Part shown: positions 1 through 8,990 of the stretch, piece by piece
Layout of the letters: the number at the start of each line of letters is the position of its first letter
Numbering within the stretch: the stretch's first letter is position 1
Program-made: the position numbers and the translations under genes
Assembly (NCBI GenBank): GCA_965140445.1
Contig: OZ223236.1
Location: 2,080,001 to 2,144,000 of the forward strand
Origin: Candidatus Ozemobacteraceae bacterium
GTDB taxonomy: Bacteria; Muiribacteriota; Ozemobacteria; Ozemobacterales; Ozemobacteraceae
Length of the DNA: 64,000 bases
Direction: 5' to 3'
The notes under the pieces: generated by a model
What the model saw: the letters and a program-made list of their open reading frames with translations, nothing else
What the model was told of the DNA's origin: nothing
Databases searched by the model: none

Positions 1-335
1 CTGGTCTGGATAAGGCTGCCTTTAAAAAAGCATTTAGTTCAACACCTTTAAATCCAACTATTCCAGTTGAAGAGCTTAGGCAGATGTACAGAAACCTGAA
101 AAATGGAGTTTCGGTTTCCAGTGGAACTGGAACCAAGTTAGCAAACAAGTCAATTACTCAGATTGGAAAGATCCTATCTGGCAAGGGCGGTGCAATACCA
201 AGAACGCAGGGGGCTCAACTTGCCGATCAGGCATTTTCAGACATTAAGGATGGCGTCTATTCTTCCATCAGAGGAAATCTTGTGGATTCAAGACTTGGTG
301 GTGCAATAAATGAAAGACTTTGGGGGAAAACATAA
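1..335 (+). CDS. Hypothetical protein, 3' part only (truncated by window start)
   Basis: The frame of ORF 84..335 is open from position 3 (GLDKAAFKKAFSSTPLNPTIPVEELRQMY...). Its TAA stop at 333-335 lies 1 nt before the next ATG. Confidence 0.75.
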   Translation, partial: GLDKAAFKKAFSSTPLNPTIPVEELRQMYRNLKNGVSVSSGTGTKLANKSITQIGKILSGKGGAIPRTQGAQLADQAFSDIKDGVYSSIRGNLVDSRLGGAINERLWGKT

Positions 336-336
336 A

Positions 337-1431
337 ATGAAACAATTAAATTTACCCATTGATACGCTCAATATGCTCCATCAATGGTTACCTTTTGAAG
401 CTGGGGTCTTGTTTCCATTTAAATTGGAAGATACTTCTGCAAACGGCAGAATTGAGGCTATGTTAACTAAGGCTGGTTTTTTATCGGCTGAGGGTAAGCT
501 ATCAGCAGAGGCTCACGAGATTTTTTCGATAATCGCTGAAGCAAATAATACATCCAAAATTAGATTTTTGGTTGAAGGGGATTTACTTGATTATCAAGTC
601 TTTTTCTCCAAAGACAGTAGTAAAACTGTGTCCTTAAAGCGTGGAACAAATGGTTTCACTGTTGCTTCTCCATCCCCATCTAAGGAGATTGTTGATTTAA
701 TTACCAGTTTCTCAGGAATGGGGCCATTTGGAACTGTTCCTGCCAAATGGGTATTGAATAATCCGGAGTCCATAGTGTTGGGAGCTATTATTGATGCTAT
801 TCGGCGCAATATAATGAGCTCATTAGCCAAAGATGAAGAGAGTTTTATGGCTGATATCCCACTAGAGCGAATTCAAGAAATTTGTTTAAAAGCTGATTTG
901 AATGCTAACTGGTTAATATGGGCTATAAAGAGCTTCGTTTATGAAGACATTGATTGTTCAGAAGATTTAGTTCGAGAAGCAATTTTAAGCCTGGAAGAGA
1001 AAAAACTTGTTAAATTGGAAGATTCGAATGTTATCCCGTGTCAGTCAGTTGTTTTTACTGCACGGAAACTTTTACACCTGAATTGCCTCTATCTTGTTGA
1101 TTCGTTCTCGGTTAAAACAGAGGAAGGTGCTCAGAAATCCCGTTTTAGTGTTATTCAAAATGGAATCAGAGAACTGTTATTACTTGATACAAATGGCGAG
1201 AATATTGCCTGGCAAGGGATTTCTGGAGAAGTTCTGATAACTCTGTTATTAAAGAATCTAGTTGGGACTGCCCCTGATGAAGAAGTTCGGCAAGAATCCA
1301 CTTCTCAAAAGAAACCCGCAACTAAGCCCGCGGCTAAAACAACCCGGTCGTCTCCTTCAAAATGTCCTGCATGCGGGAAGGACCTCAAGAAGAATGCTAA
1401 GTTCTGCTCAAAATGCGGAGAAACCATTTAA
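337..1431 (+). CDS. Hypothetical protein with C-terminal zinc ribbon
   Basis: ATG at 337 follows the upstream stop. A Pro/Lys/Thr linker precedes CPACG...KFCSKCG at the C-terminus. Confidence 0.75.
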   Translation: MKQLNLPIDTLNMLHQWLPFEAGVLFPFKLEDTSANGRIEAMLTKAGFLSAEGKLSAEAHEIFSIIAEANNTSKIRFLVEGDLLDYQVFFSKDSSKTVSLKRGTNGFTVASPSPSKEIVDLITSFSGMGPFGTVPAKWVLNNPESIVLGAIIDAIRRNIMSSLAKDEESFMADIPLERIQEICLKADLNANWLIWAIKSFVYEDIDCSEDLVREAILSLEEKKLVKLEDSNVIPCQSVVFTARKLLHLNCLYLVDSFSVKTEEGAQKSRFSVIQNGIRELLLLDTNGENIAWQGISGEVLITLLLKNLVGTAPDEEVRQESTSQKKPATKPAAKTTRSSPSKCPACGKDLKKNAKFCSKCGETI

Positions 1432-1457
1432 TTTTTTACTTAAATTAGGAGCCAGTA

Positions 1458-2342
1458 ATGTCAGAGACTCCAGTAGCTTTCTTATGTGCTAAATGTGCCC
1501 AGAAGTATTCTTCTGATGGGATTTGTCCAGATTGTAATATTTCTCTTATTCCTTTGACCACTATTGATTGTAAAGAATGCGGTGCCGAGGTTAAGGCAAC
1601 AGCAAAGCATTGTTCAAAGTGCGGCAATGTTTTGCTATCAAAGTGTAAAAATTGTGGAACAATAATTGAAGCTGATGACGCTTTTTGCCCAGATTGTGGC
1701 ACCAAGTCACAAAATGAGGTTGAAGATCTGCCAGAAGCGAAGAAAAGAGGTTTTGAATCTGATCTGGTTAGTGGTGAAAGGATGATCGCTCTGGTTTATG
1801 AGCCTCTTCCATTACATCGCTTTCATGAAGAGTTTCCTTTTTTAAGGGAGCCTGACACTGAAGAATACAATGCTGCAATAGAAAAGGGATTAGCCTTAGC
1901 TGAAGAAACTCCTGTGAAAATGCGCCTTGCTTCTTCTCCAAGGCGTTGGGCGATTCAGAGACCCAGTGGTTTTCGACGTTTTCTGGTGATGGTTACCGAC
2001 ATATGTTTATGGATTTTAACTATGGTTTCCATAATGATCCTTTTTGCTGGAGATGAATCTGGTGGTGGCTTATTAAGATCAATGGGGGTTAAGGAAGAGG
2101 GATTGTTAGCTCTTTTTAGATTGATCTGGTTCGTAGCAAGCTATTTCATTTATACTTTAGGGGCAGAATTACTACTTTGGACAACCGTAGGCGGTTTAAT
2201 TTTTGGAACCCGTGTAGTTGATGAATATGGCAATAAACTATCATTTTGGAAGCTGTTGAAACGCTCTATTGGTAAATTGTTTGCACCTATTTTATTCATT
2301 TTTGGTGGCCTGGCAAACGATCATGAGATTGTTATGCGCTGA
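1458..2342 (+). CDS. Multiple zinc-ribbon plus RDD-family membrane protein
   Basis: SD AGGAG. Six CxxC motifs in the N-terminal 85 aa. RDD signature in the C-terminal half (RRFLVMVTD...TVGGLIFGTRVVDEYG...KR) with hydrophobic helices. Confidence 0.75.
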   Translation: MSETPVAFLCAKCAQKYSSDGICPDCNISLIPLTTIDCKECGAEVKATAKHCSKCGNVLLSKCKNCGTIIEADDAFCPDCGTKSQNEVEDLPEAKKRGFESDLVSGERMIALVYEPLPLHRFHEEFPFLREPDTEEYNAAIEKGLALAEETPVKMRLASSPRRWAIQRPSGFRRFLVMVTDICLWILTMVSIMILFAGDESGGGLLRSMGVKEEGLLALFRLIWFVASYFIYTLGAELLLWTTVGGLIFGTRVVDEYGNKLSFWKLLKRSIGKLFAPILFIFGGLANDHEIVMR

Positions 2343-2404
2343 TTTCAATAATTTGCAGCCTGGAGATAGCCTAAGACCTTATATGACTGAGGTTCTCAGA
2401 AAAA

Positions 2405-2433
2405 TTGACGGATTAAACTCCCATTGATATAAT
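2405..2433 (+). promoter_or_regulatory. Sigma-70 promoter with extended -10
   Basis: TTGACG (2405-2410), 17-nt spacer, TGnTATAAT (TATAAT 2428-2433), upstream of the ATG at 2464. Confidence 0.7.
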
Positions 2434-2463
2434 CAAAAAATTAAGTTTTACCTTGGAGTTGTA

Positions 2464-2790
2464 ATGAGGAAGGTTTATAAAAAAGTAGTTACCTCTTTCA
2501 AAATGCAAGTTAAGCGTAGATATTTAATGCTTTTGAAGCAGGAAACCGTAGAAGATGGTTTGAAGCGAAGAAGAGGTGAGTGCTTGGGATGTGGTGCTTG
2601 TTGCCAGTCTTCATTCCCCTGCCCATTCTTGTTTAAGAGCGAAGACGGAAGGCTTTTGTGTAAAATACACGAAACTAAGCCCGATGTTTGTAAAACATAT
2701 CCTTTTAATGAAGAAGATGTTTTTCCACATACAAAAGGCAAATGTGGATATTATTTTGTTGAAGAAGACGAAGAAAATACCAAAAACTAG
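2464..2790 (+). CDS. YkgJ/UPF0153-type CxxCxxCC cysteine-cluster protein
   Basis: CLGCGACC, CPFL, CKIHETKPDVCKTYPF motifs. Confidence 0.8.
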   Translation: MRKVYKKVVTSFKMQVKRRYLMLLKQETVEDGLKRRRGECLGCGACCQSSFPCPFLFKSEDGRLLCKIHETKPDVCKTYPFNEEDVFPHTKGKCGYYFVEEDEENTKN

Positions 2791-2795
2791 TAAAC

Positions 2796-2826
2796 AAAAA
2801 TCCCCCGAGAATATCGGGGGATTTTT
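2796..2826. terminator. Bidirectional intrinsic terminator
   Basis: AAAAATCCCCCGA-gaata-TCGGGGGATTTTT between convergent genes. Confidence 0.85.
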
Positions 2827-2837
2827 AATTTTAGAGC

Positions 2838-4256
2838 TTAGGAAATTCTTTGAAGCTTCATTATATTGGTATTGCCTTTAACTCCCAGCGGAACACCAGC
2901 AACAATTACTACTATGTCTCCGGTTTTTACTAATCCTTGTTCCTTCATGGTAGTTTCGACCATATTGATCATTTCATCTGTGTTTCTCATGTCCTTAACC
3001 AGAATTGGCTCAACTCCCCAGCTTAGCGAAAGCCTTCGGCAGGCTTCACTTCTTGGAGTAAGCGCATAAACAGGTGTTGGTGGATGATATTTAGATATAT
3101 TCAGTGCTGTGTTGCCGCTATGGGTGTAGGCTACAATTGCAGCAGCATTTACATCTAATGCTGCTTCGCAAGCCGAATGAGCAACAATCTCTTCGATTTC
3201 TTTTTCAACCTCTGGAAGCAGATGGGTTAGTCTTTCATTATCATTAAAAGAGATTTTTTCCGCTTCATGGGCAATGGCGGCCATCATGTTTACGGTTTCT
3301 ACAGGATTTTTGCCTGAAGCAGTTTCTCCGGAGAGCATTACAGCATCTGAACCTTCCAGAATTGCATTGAAAACGTCTGTTGTTTCAGCTCTAGTTGGTC
3401 TTTGGTTTTCAATCATTGATTCAAGCATCTGGGTAGCTGTAATAACTGAAACTCCTCTTCTGCTGCAACGTTCAAGAATGTGCCTTTGTAAAGCAGGAAC
3501 TTGCTGGATTGGCATTTCAACGCCCAGGTCACCGCGAGCAATCATAATGCCTTCAACCAGACTCAGAATTTTTTCCAGTTCCTGAATTGCCTCTGGTTTT
3601 TCAATCTTAGCAATAATTTTTATCTGACTGTCGCCAATTAGTTCTATTAATTGCTCAATGTCTTCAGCTTTCCTAACGAAGCTAAGAGCAACAAAATCCA
3701 GATTGTTTTCAATCATGAACTTCAGGTCAGAGATGTCTTTTTCGGTTATGGTTTCTATTGACAAAGGTATATCAGGCATGTTCATGCCTTTTTTATCCTT
3801 TAAAATTCCCCCATCTGTAACAATAAAATTCACTTTATCAGATTCGACAGATTTTACTTTCAAAGACAAGTTTCCGTCGTCCAGCAAAATAATATTTCCA
3901 GGTTTAAGATCTTTAGTCAGATATGGGTAGGAAGTTCCAATTCCCTGTTTTGAGCCCGGCTCGTCGTTGTTCTCGCTAAGGTAGAACTCATCACCGATTG
4001 CTAATTTTATTGGTCCGTCTGTAAACTTACCAATTCTAATTTTTGGACCACATAGATCGCCTAAAATTCCCACTTCTTTGTTCAGTTTTTGCGAAACTGA
4101 TCTGATGTTTTTGATGTATTCAGCGTGGCTTTCGTGCGTTCCATGAGAAAAATTTAATCTAAATACATTTGCTCCACTTAGGATTAGCTCTTCGATAACT
4201 TCAGGCGAAAAGGACGCTGGACCAAGTGTAGCAACTATTTTTGTTCTTTTTTTCAT
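2838..4256 (-). CDS. pyk: Pyruvate kinase
   Basis: TKIVATLGP, RLNFSHG, DLCGPKIR, IIAKIE, MIARGDLGVE, ATQMLESM, DAVMLSGETA motifs. Confidence 0.97.
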   Translation of the reverse strand: MKKRTKIVATLGPASFSPEVIEELILSGANVFRLNFSHGTHESHAEYIKNIRSVSQKLNKEVGILGDLCGPKIRIGKFTDGPIKLAIGDEFYLSENNDEPGSKQGIGTSYPYLTKDLKPGNIILLDDGNLSLKVKSVESDKVNFIVTDGGILKDKKGMNMPDIPLSIETITEKDISDLKFMIENNLDFVALSFVRKAEDIEQLIELIGDSQIKIIAKIEKPEAIQELEKILSLVEGIMIARGDLGVEMPIQQVPALQRHILERCSRRGVSVITATQMLESMIENQRPTRAETTDVFNAILEGSDAVMLSGETASGKNPVETVNMMAAIAHEAEKISFNDNERLTHLLPEVEKEIEEIVAHSACEAALDVNAAAIVAYTHSGNTALNISKYHPPTPVYALTPRSEACRRLSLSWGVEPILVKDMRNTDEMINMVETTMKEQGLVKTGDIVVIVAGVPLGVKGNTNIMKLQRIS

Positions 4257-4438
4257 TATGCCCCCGGTAACTGATTGTAAACATAGTGTTGTTTATTAAG
4301 GCAAGAATACAGCTGGAAAATAAACTTTTCAAGGTTATAAAAAATTTGTTTTCCAGCTTCGAAATTAGTTCAAAGGTGCCGATACCATCTAGGAATAAAT
4401 ATATAAAAATGTCTTTGCAAAAAGACAGGAGGCAAACT

Positions 4439-6076
4439 ATGAAAAGACTGATTTTGGCATTTTCTTTCATTCTTCTGATAGCTCTTCCTGCTTCTTCATT
4501 AAGCTTTGATGCCCTTCCAAACTACCAGGACGAAGGAATGAAGTTGTATATAAGAGGCACGAGCAAACTTCAGGAAAAGGACTTTGTTGGGTCAATTTCA
4601 GATCTACGCCAGGCCGTAAGACTTCGACCAGATATTGCAGAAGCATTTCACAACCTTGGATATGCTTTTGAAAGAACTGGTGACTTTAAAAATGCAGCAA
4701 AGGCTTATGAAAGAGCATTATCTGTCAAGCCAAACTATCCATCTGCTTTAAATAATCTGGGGTTTTTGCTTGCCACAACAGAAGCCGATCCTAGAAAAGC
4801 AGTTATGTTTTGCCAGAAAGCGGTAGAACTTCAACCCAATTCGGCTAGTTTTCAGGATTCTCTTGGTTGGGCATATTACAAAGCCAATCAGCCAGAAGAT
4901 GCAAAAAGACATTTCATGGCTTCAATAAAGGTAGATCCAACTTTCTTTAAATCTCACTTTAATCTTGGTTTGGTTGAATTTACTCAAAAGAATTATCAAC
5001 AAGCTGCCAGGCACTTTAAATCAGCGATACAGCTTAATCCTGGCTATTTAAAGGCATACGTCCCCCTTGCCGGATGTTATGAAAAGTTAAAAGACAATAA
5101 TCGCGCTTTATATGTTTATCAGCAGGCACTGGCAAAAGCTCCGGAGTCTTCTCAAATAAGAAAACATCTTGATAACAAGGTTAAAAATTTAACCAGAGCA
5201 AGTAAGAAATTCTATTTCAAAAATGTGAAGAAGATCCAGGGAAGTTCAAAGCTTCAGGAGTTTTTAAACAAAAAATCCAGAGGATCCATGATGGCAAGCA
5301 GTAATGTTGCTCCAACAGCTCCCAATCCATTGGGTTCAAACAGTAGTTTTACTCCTGTTAGTGTTACACCTTCGCCTATATCACCTGTGCAAAACTTTAG
5401 CGCTGCTCCGCAGTTTAGCGCTGCTCCGCAGTTTAGAGCTGCTGCGCCAAAGCCGGTGGAAGATACTTCGTGGATGGATTCCTATACTAAACCTACAGTA
5501 TTGGGACGCCAGCTTACAGTAAAGCAAGAGAGAGAACTTGAAAGAAGATATTCTTTGAGCAAATCATACCTTGATCGCGGTTTGACCAAAGAAGCTGAGA
5601 AAGAGTTAAAGTTGATTTTGAGCCAGGCATCAAGTGATTCTACGGTCGGAAGACAGGCTAGAAATCTTCTTCTAAGAGTGAAGAAAAAACTCGAAGCCAA
5701 AGAAAATGAATTGGCTTCGACCCATAAAGATATGGGAAAAGACTTTTTCAGATCCGGACAATTTGACATGGCAGAAGCTGAATTTAAAAAGGCTCTTAAC
5801 CTTGATTCAGAAAATGCGGAAGTTTATAAGGATATGGCCCTTCTTCATTACAATATGGGCCGCTTTCAGGAAGCCTATGAAGAATGTAAAAAAGCCATTG
5901 CTCTTGATAGAACATTAAAAGAAGCATATGTAGTTCTAGGTTCTCTTTATGCAAGAAAAGGGCGATCTGAAGATGCTCTTAGAACGTTAAAGAGAGTTAA
6001 AGAAATTTCTGGAAACCGAGATGCGGTTGATGAACTGGCGGAAAGAATGATCGCCTCACTTTCAAGCGAATACTAA
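4439..6076 (+). CDS. Secreted tetratricopeptide-repeat protein
   Basis: SD AGGAGG before ATG 4439 and a signal peptide MKRLILAFSFILLIALPASS. Many TPR units (AEAFHNLG, SALNNLG, SHFNLG, AYVVLG) in two blocks joined by a Pro/Ser linker. Confidence 0.85.
   Translation: MKRLILAFSFILLIALPASSLSFDALPNYQDEGMKLYIRGTSKLQEKDFVGSISDLRQAVRLRPDIAEAFHNLGYAFERTGDFKNAAKAYERALSVKPNYPSALNNLGFLLATTEADPRKAVMFCQKAVELQPNSASFQDSLGWAYYKANQPEDAKRHFMASIKVDPTFFKSHFNLGLVEFTQKNYQQAARHFKSAIQLNPGYLKAYVPLAGCYEKLKDNNRALYVYQQALAKAPESSQIRKHLDNKVKNLTRASKKFYFKNVKKIQGSSKLQEFLNKKSRGSMMASSNVAPTAPNPLGSNSSFTPVSVTPSPISPVQNFSAAPQFSAAPQFRAAAPKPVEDTSWMDSYTKPTVLGRQLTVKQERELERRYSLSKSYLDRGLTKEAEKELKLILSQASSDSTVGRQARNLLLRVKKKLEAKENELASTHKDMGKDFFRSGQFDMAEAEFKKALNLDSENAEVYKDMALLHYNMGRFQEAYEECKKAIALDRTLKEAYVVLGSLYARKGRSEDALRTLKRVKEISGNRDAVDELAERMIASLSSEY
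5396..5448 (+). repeat. In-frame 18-bp tandem repeat (about 2.9 copies)
   Basis: TTTAGCGCTGCTCCGCAG twice plus degenerate TTTAGAGCTGCTGCGCC, encoding FSAAPQ-FSAAPQ-FRAAAP. Confidence 0.85.
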
Positions 6077-6077
6077 G

Positions 6078-6785
6078 ATGATTGTAGAAAACCACAAAGA
6101 ATATTTGTGCGCCTTCTCAGATTTCAGCGATGGAGATCTTTCTTTTTATCTCCACGAAGAAGAGGAAAATAAAAAGAACTGGAATAATCTGCAGATTGTT
6201 AAAGACCAAAATTTGAACTTCCCAGCCTTTGCTCATCAAATTCACGAAGATGGAATTTTCATAGTAGAAACAGAACAACCAACTTCTCCTGTTTCTGAGT
6301 CTGACGCACTTATAACTCATTTAAACAATACGCCTATTGGAGTCTTTTCAGCAGATTGTTTGCCGGTTTTAATTTGTTCGCCTCTAGCTGTGGCTGCTGT
6401 TCATGCCGGTTGGAAAAGCACCAGGATTAATATTTCCGGGAAAACAGTAAAAAAAATGATCGAAAGATTTGGGACTAAACCGGAAGAAGTTAAAGTTTTT
6501 ATTGGACCTTCTATTGGAACTTGCTGTCTGGAAATGGGTGAAGAAATAAAACCTTCATTTATTGAAGCTGATCCTGAATCTGAAGCTTTTTTTGAAAAAA
6601 GGCAAAAGTGGCATCTGGATCTCAAGGGCTTGAATCAATTTCAAATCACCCGCGAAGGAATTCCAAAAGAAAATATTAAGATTTTTGACGAATGTACGTT
6701 CTGTCAGGAAAAAAAATTCTTTTCTTACAGAAGGCAAAAACAGCGGAACGGAAGCATGTTTTCGTTTGTCGTTAAGAAGTGCTGA
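6078..6785 (+). CDS. pgeF: PgeF/YfiH-family (laccase-like) peptidoglycan editing factor / purine nucleoside phosphorylase
   Basis: HQIH, SDALIT, SADCLPV, AVHAGWK, IGPSIGTCC, FFSYRR motifs. Confidence 0.9.
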   Translation: MIVENHKEYLCAFSDFSDGDLSFYLHEEEENKKNWNNLQIVKDQNLNFPAFAHQIHEDGIFIVETEQPTSPVSESDALITHLNNTPIGVFSADCLPVLICSPLAVAAVHAGWKSTRINISGKTVKKMIERFGTKPEEVKVFIGPSIGTCCLEMGEEIKPSFIEADPESEAFFEKRQKWHLDLKGLNQFQITREGIPKENIKIFDECTFCQEKKFFSYRRQKQRNGSMFSFVVKKC

Positions 6786-6880
6786 GCAAAAAAAACATTC
6801 ATTAACTAAGAACTTTCAACGTCTTTGACGATGAGTATAGAGAAAATTTGTATTTAGGACCTAGTAAAAGGAGAATCCTT

Positions 6881-8833
6881 ATGTGGAAAAAGGTATTGCC
6901 CAGAAAAACTGGGCGAAATATCGTGGCTGCGTTTTTAATGCTCATGATATTTACCCTGTTTGGATGTACTACAGGAGTTAAGAAAGACCCTGGTCTTACT
7001 GACTATGAAGCTCCAACAATCCCTCAGAACATTACTGGTGTAGGGAAAGAACGAGCTATCTTAATTAATTGGAGCGCAAACACAGAGACTGATCTGGTTG
7101 GCTATAGGGTATATAGATCTACTAACTCAGGTGGACCTTTTACACTTATTACGACCGTCGGTACTCAGCCTGCTCCATCATTTCTTGATGATGATCAACA
7201 GAATGGCCTTGTAAACGATCAATACTACTTTTACAAGGTTTCTGCTTTCGATACACAGGGAAAAGAGTCTGATCTCTCCAGAACAAATGCTGTTCAGATT
7301 AGAGCAGGCTTACCTGTGGAAGAAAGACCTCCTCGTGTAGTTAACATTAAAGCACGTGCTTCACACGAAGCTGCTTATGTTTCATGGGACAAGGTTACTT
7401 CCAGCAGTATCAAAGGCTACAACATTTACAGAGGCTTATCTACCAGCGCTGGTGGCGTTCAGTGGATATCTTCAGTTCCTCAGGACACTCCTGGATATGT
7501 TGACACATCAGTAACAAAGACATCTGCAGAACAATACACTTATATTGTTAGATCATTTAATCAAAACTACTCAGAGAGTGAAAATTCTGATCCAGTTCAG
7601 GTTACACTTAAATCTGGAGATGATACTATTCCTGGTGCTCCATATGATTTGGCTCTCAGCAATGATACTGATCCAATTATAAGTTGGCATAAACCAATGA
7701 ACAATCAGGATGGTTCAAGTATTTTTGATGGTCAGAACCCAACATTGGATATTGATTCATATTTGATTTTCAGAGCCAGTGCAAATGATGGTTTGTTTTC
7801 ATTGATTGGAATTGTTGAAGACAATGGAACTGCTAATTTAACACAGACGTTCAAAGATATTAACGGAACTCCTTACAATCTTTACGCTGTTAAGACTGTT
7901 GATAGAAACGGAAATGTCAGCGAATTAAGTTCAATTACAACCCAGTCTTCAGATGCTGATATACCTTCTATTCCAACTGGTTTAAAGGCATGGGCATCAA
8001 GTGCAACTGAAGCTGGAATCAAGCTTGCCTGGGGAGCCAGTAAAAATGCTGTTAGCTACAATGTATACTTCTCGACTGTTGCAGATGGTGGGTATACCAA
8101 AATGCTTACTGGACAGCCACAGTGGAATGAAGCTTCTGCATACGTAATCAACTCATTTCCTAGTAGCTACAACCAAAACCCTGAAAAGAAAGGGAAGAAG
8201 CTGGAATTTGGCGTTCCATACTTCTTTAAAGTGTCTGCTGTAAGTTCTTCAGGTAAGGAAAGTGGATTGAGCAATTATGCCAAGGCCTATCCTGGTGGAA
8301 TGTTTGTTGCAATGCTTGAAGGTGAAAACCCAAATTGGGAATACACTGCCAGAGCAAACGATAACTTGAACCACTTTTATGTAGTTTATAGCTCAAAAGA
8401 TTATCCTGAGATTGACTATTATTCAGGTGCAGGTTCAGCATTGCTTGTTCCTTCAACAGTAGGGACACCTGGAAATGGTGATCAGTTTGCGTATGGAACA
8501 GGAACCTTCTTTTCTTCTTCATACTTTAAACTTCCAGCTCCTACATCTGGTGCTTACAGATACAATGTATATGCTTATTACTTTCCACACACCTCAAGTG
8601 GTAACTGGAGAGTTACAATTAGAGAAAATGGTGTATTAACTACTACCTTGCTGCAAAAAGACCTGAATGGTTATGGTGCAGTTAACAAGGGAAGAACTTC
8701 CTTGTCACTTGGACAAATTCAGGTTAACTCTGGACTTGCTGGCGTAGATATTGATATTGACGCTATCAGCGCCGGTTCAGGTGGTGGAGCTACACTTTTC
8801 CTTGATACTCTGGTTTTCGTTAGAGTTCAATAA
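6881..8833 (+). CDS. Fibronectin type III repeat lipoprotein
   Basis: SD AAGGAG before ATG 6881 and lipobox LFGC. About four FN3 repeats (W...GYRVYRS...YYFYKVSAFD...ES) and a C-terminal beta-rich domain. Confidence 0.85.
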   Translation: MWKKVLPRKTGRNIVAAFLMLMIFTLFGCTTGVKKDPGLTDYEAPTIPQNITGVGKERAILINWSANTETDLVGYRVYRSTNSGGPFTLITTVGTQPAPSFLDDDQQNGLVNDQYYFYKVSAFDTQGKESDLSRTNAVQIRAGLPVEERPPRVVNIKARASHEAAYVSWDKVTSSSIKGYNIYRGLSTSAGGVQWISSVPQDTPGYVDTSVTKTSAEQYTYIVRSFNQNYSESENSDPVQVTLKSGDDTIPGAPYDLALSNDTDPIISWHKPMNNQDGSSIFDGQNPTLDIDSYLIFRASANDGLFSLIGIVEDNGTANLTQTFKDINGTPYNLYAVKTVDRNGNVSELSSITTQSSDADIPSIPTGLKAWASSATEAGIKLAWGASKNAVSYNVYFSTVADGGYTKMLTGQPQWNEASAYVINSFPSSYNQNPEKKGKKLEFGVPYFFKVSAVSSSGKESGLSNYAKAYPGGMFVAMLEGENPNWEYTARANDNLNHFYVVYSSKDYPEIDYYSGAGSALLVPSTVGTPGNGDQFAYGTGTFFSSSYFKLPAPTSGAYRYNVYAYYFPHTSSGNWRVTIRENGVLTTTLLQKDLNGYGAVNKGRTSLSLGQIQVNSGLAGVDIDIDAISAGSGGGATLFLDTLVFVRVQ

Positions 8834-8841
8834 ATAAGCCG

Positions 8842-8882
8842 AAAAAAGGGCACTGCAGCTAAATGCAGTGCCCTTTTTTTTT
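8842..8882 (+). terminator. Intrinsic terminator
   Basis: AAAAAAGGGCACTGCA-gctaaa-TGCAGTGCCCTTTTTTTTT directly after the FN3 gene. Confidence 0.9.
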
Positions 8883-8931
8883 GCCGCTAAGTCAGGTTTA
8901 TCAAATAGTTTGTGAATGCTTTCCATCAACA

Positions 8932-8960
8932 TTGAAAATAAATTTTGCAAGTGCTATAAT
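8932..8960 (+). promoter_or_regulatory. Sigma-70 promoter with extended -10
   Basis: TTGAAA (8932-8937), 17-nt spacer, TGcTATAAT (TATAAT 8955-8960). Confidence 0.7.
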
Positions 8961-8990
8961 TCACACGCACTAAAAATTAGCGGAGGCACT

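Noticed and set aside
6807..6834. Sigma-28-like promoter TAAG-N16-GACGATGA before the FN3 gene (also GCCGATAC at 4378)
   Set aside because: Several mismatches to consensus in AT-rich DNA and no evidence for sigma-28 in the window.
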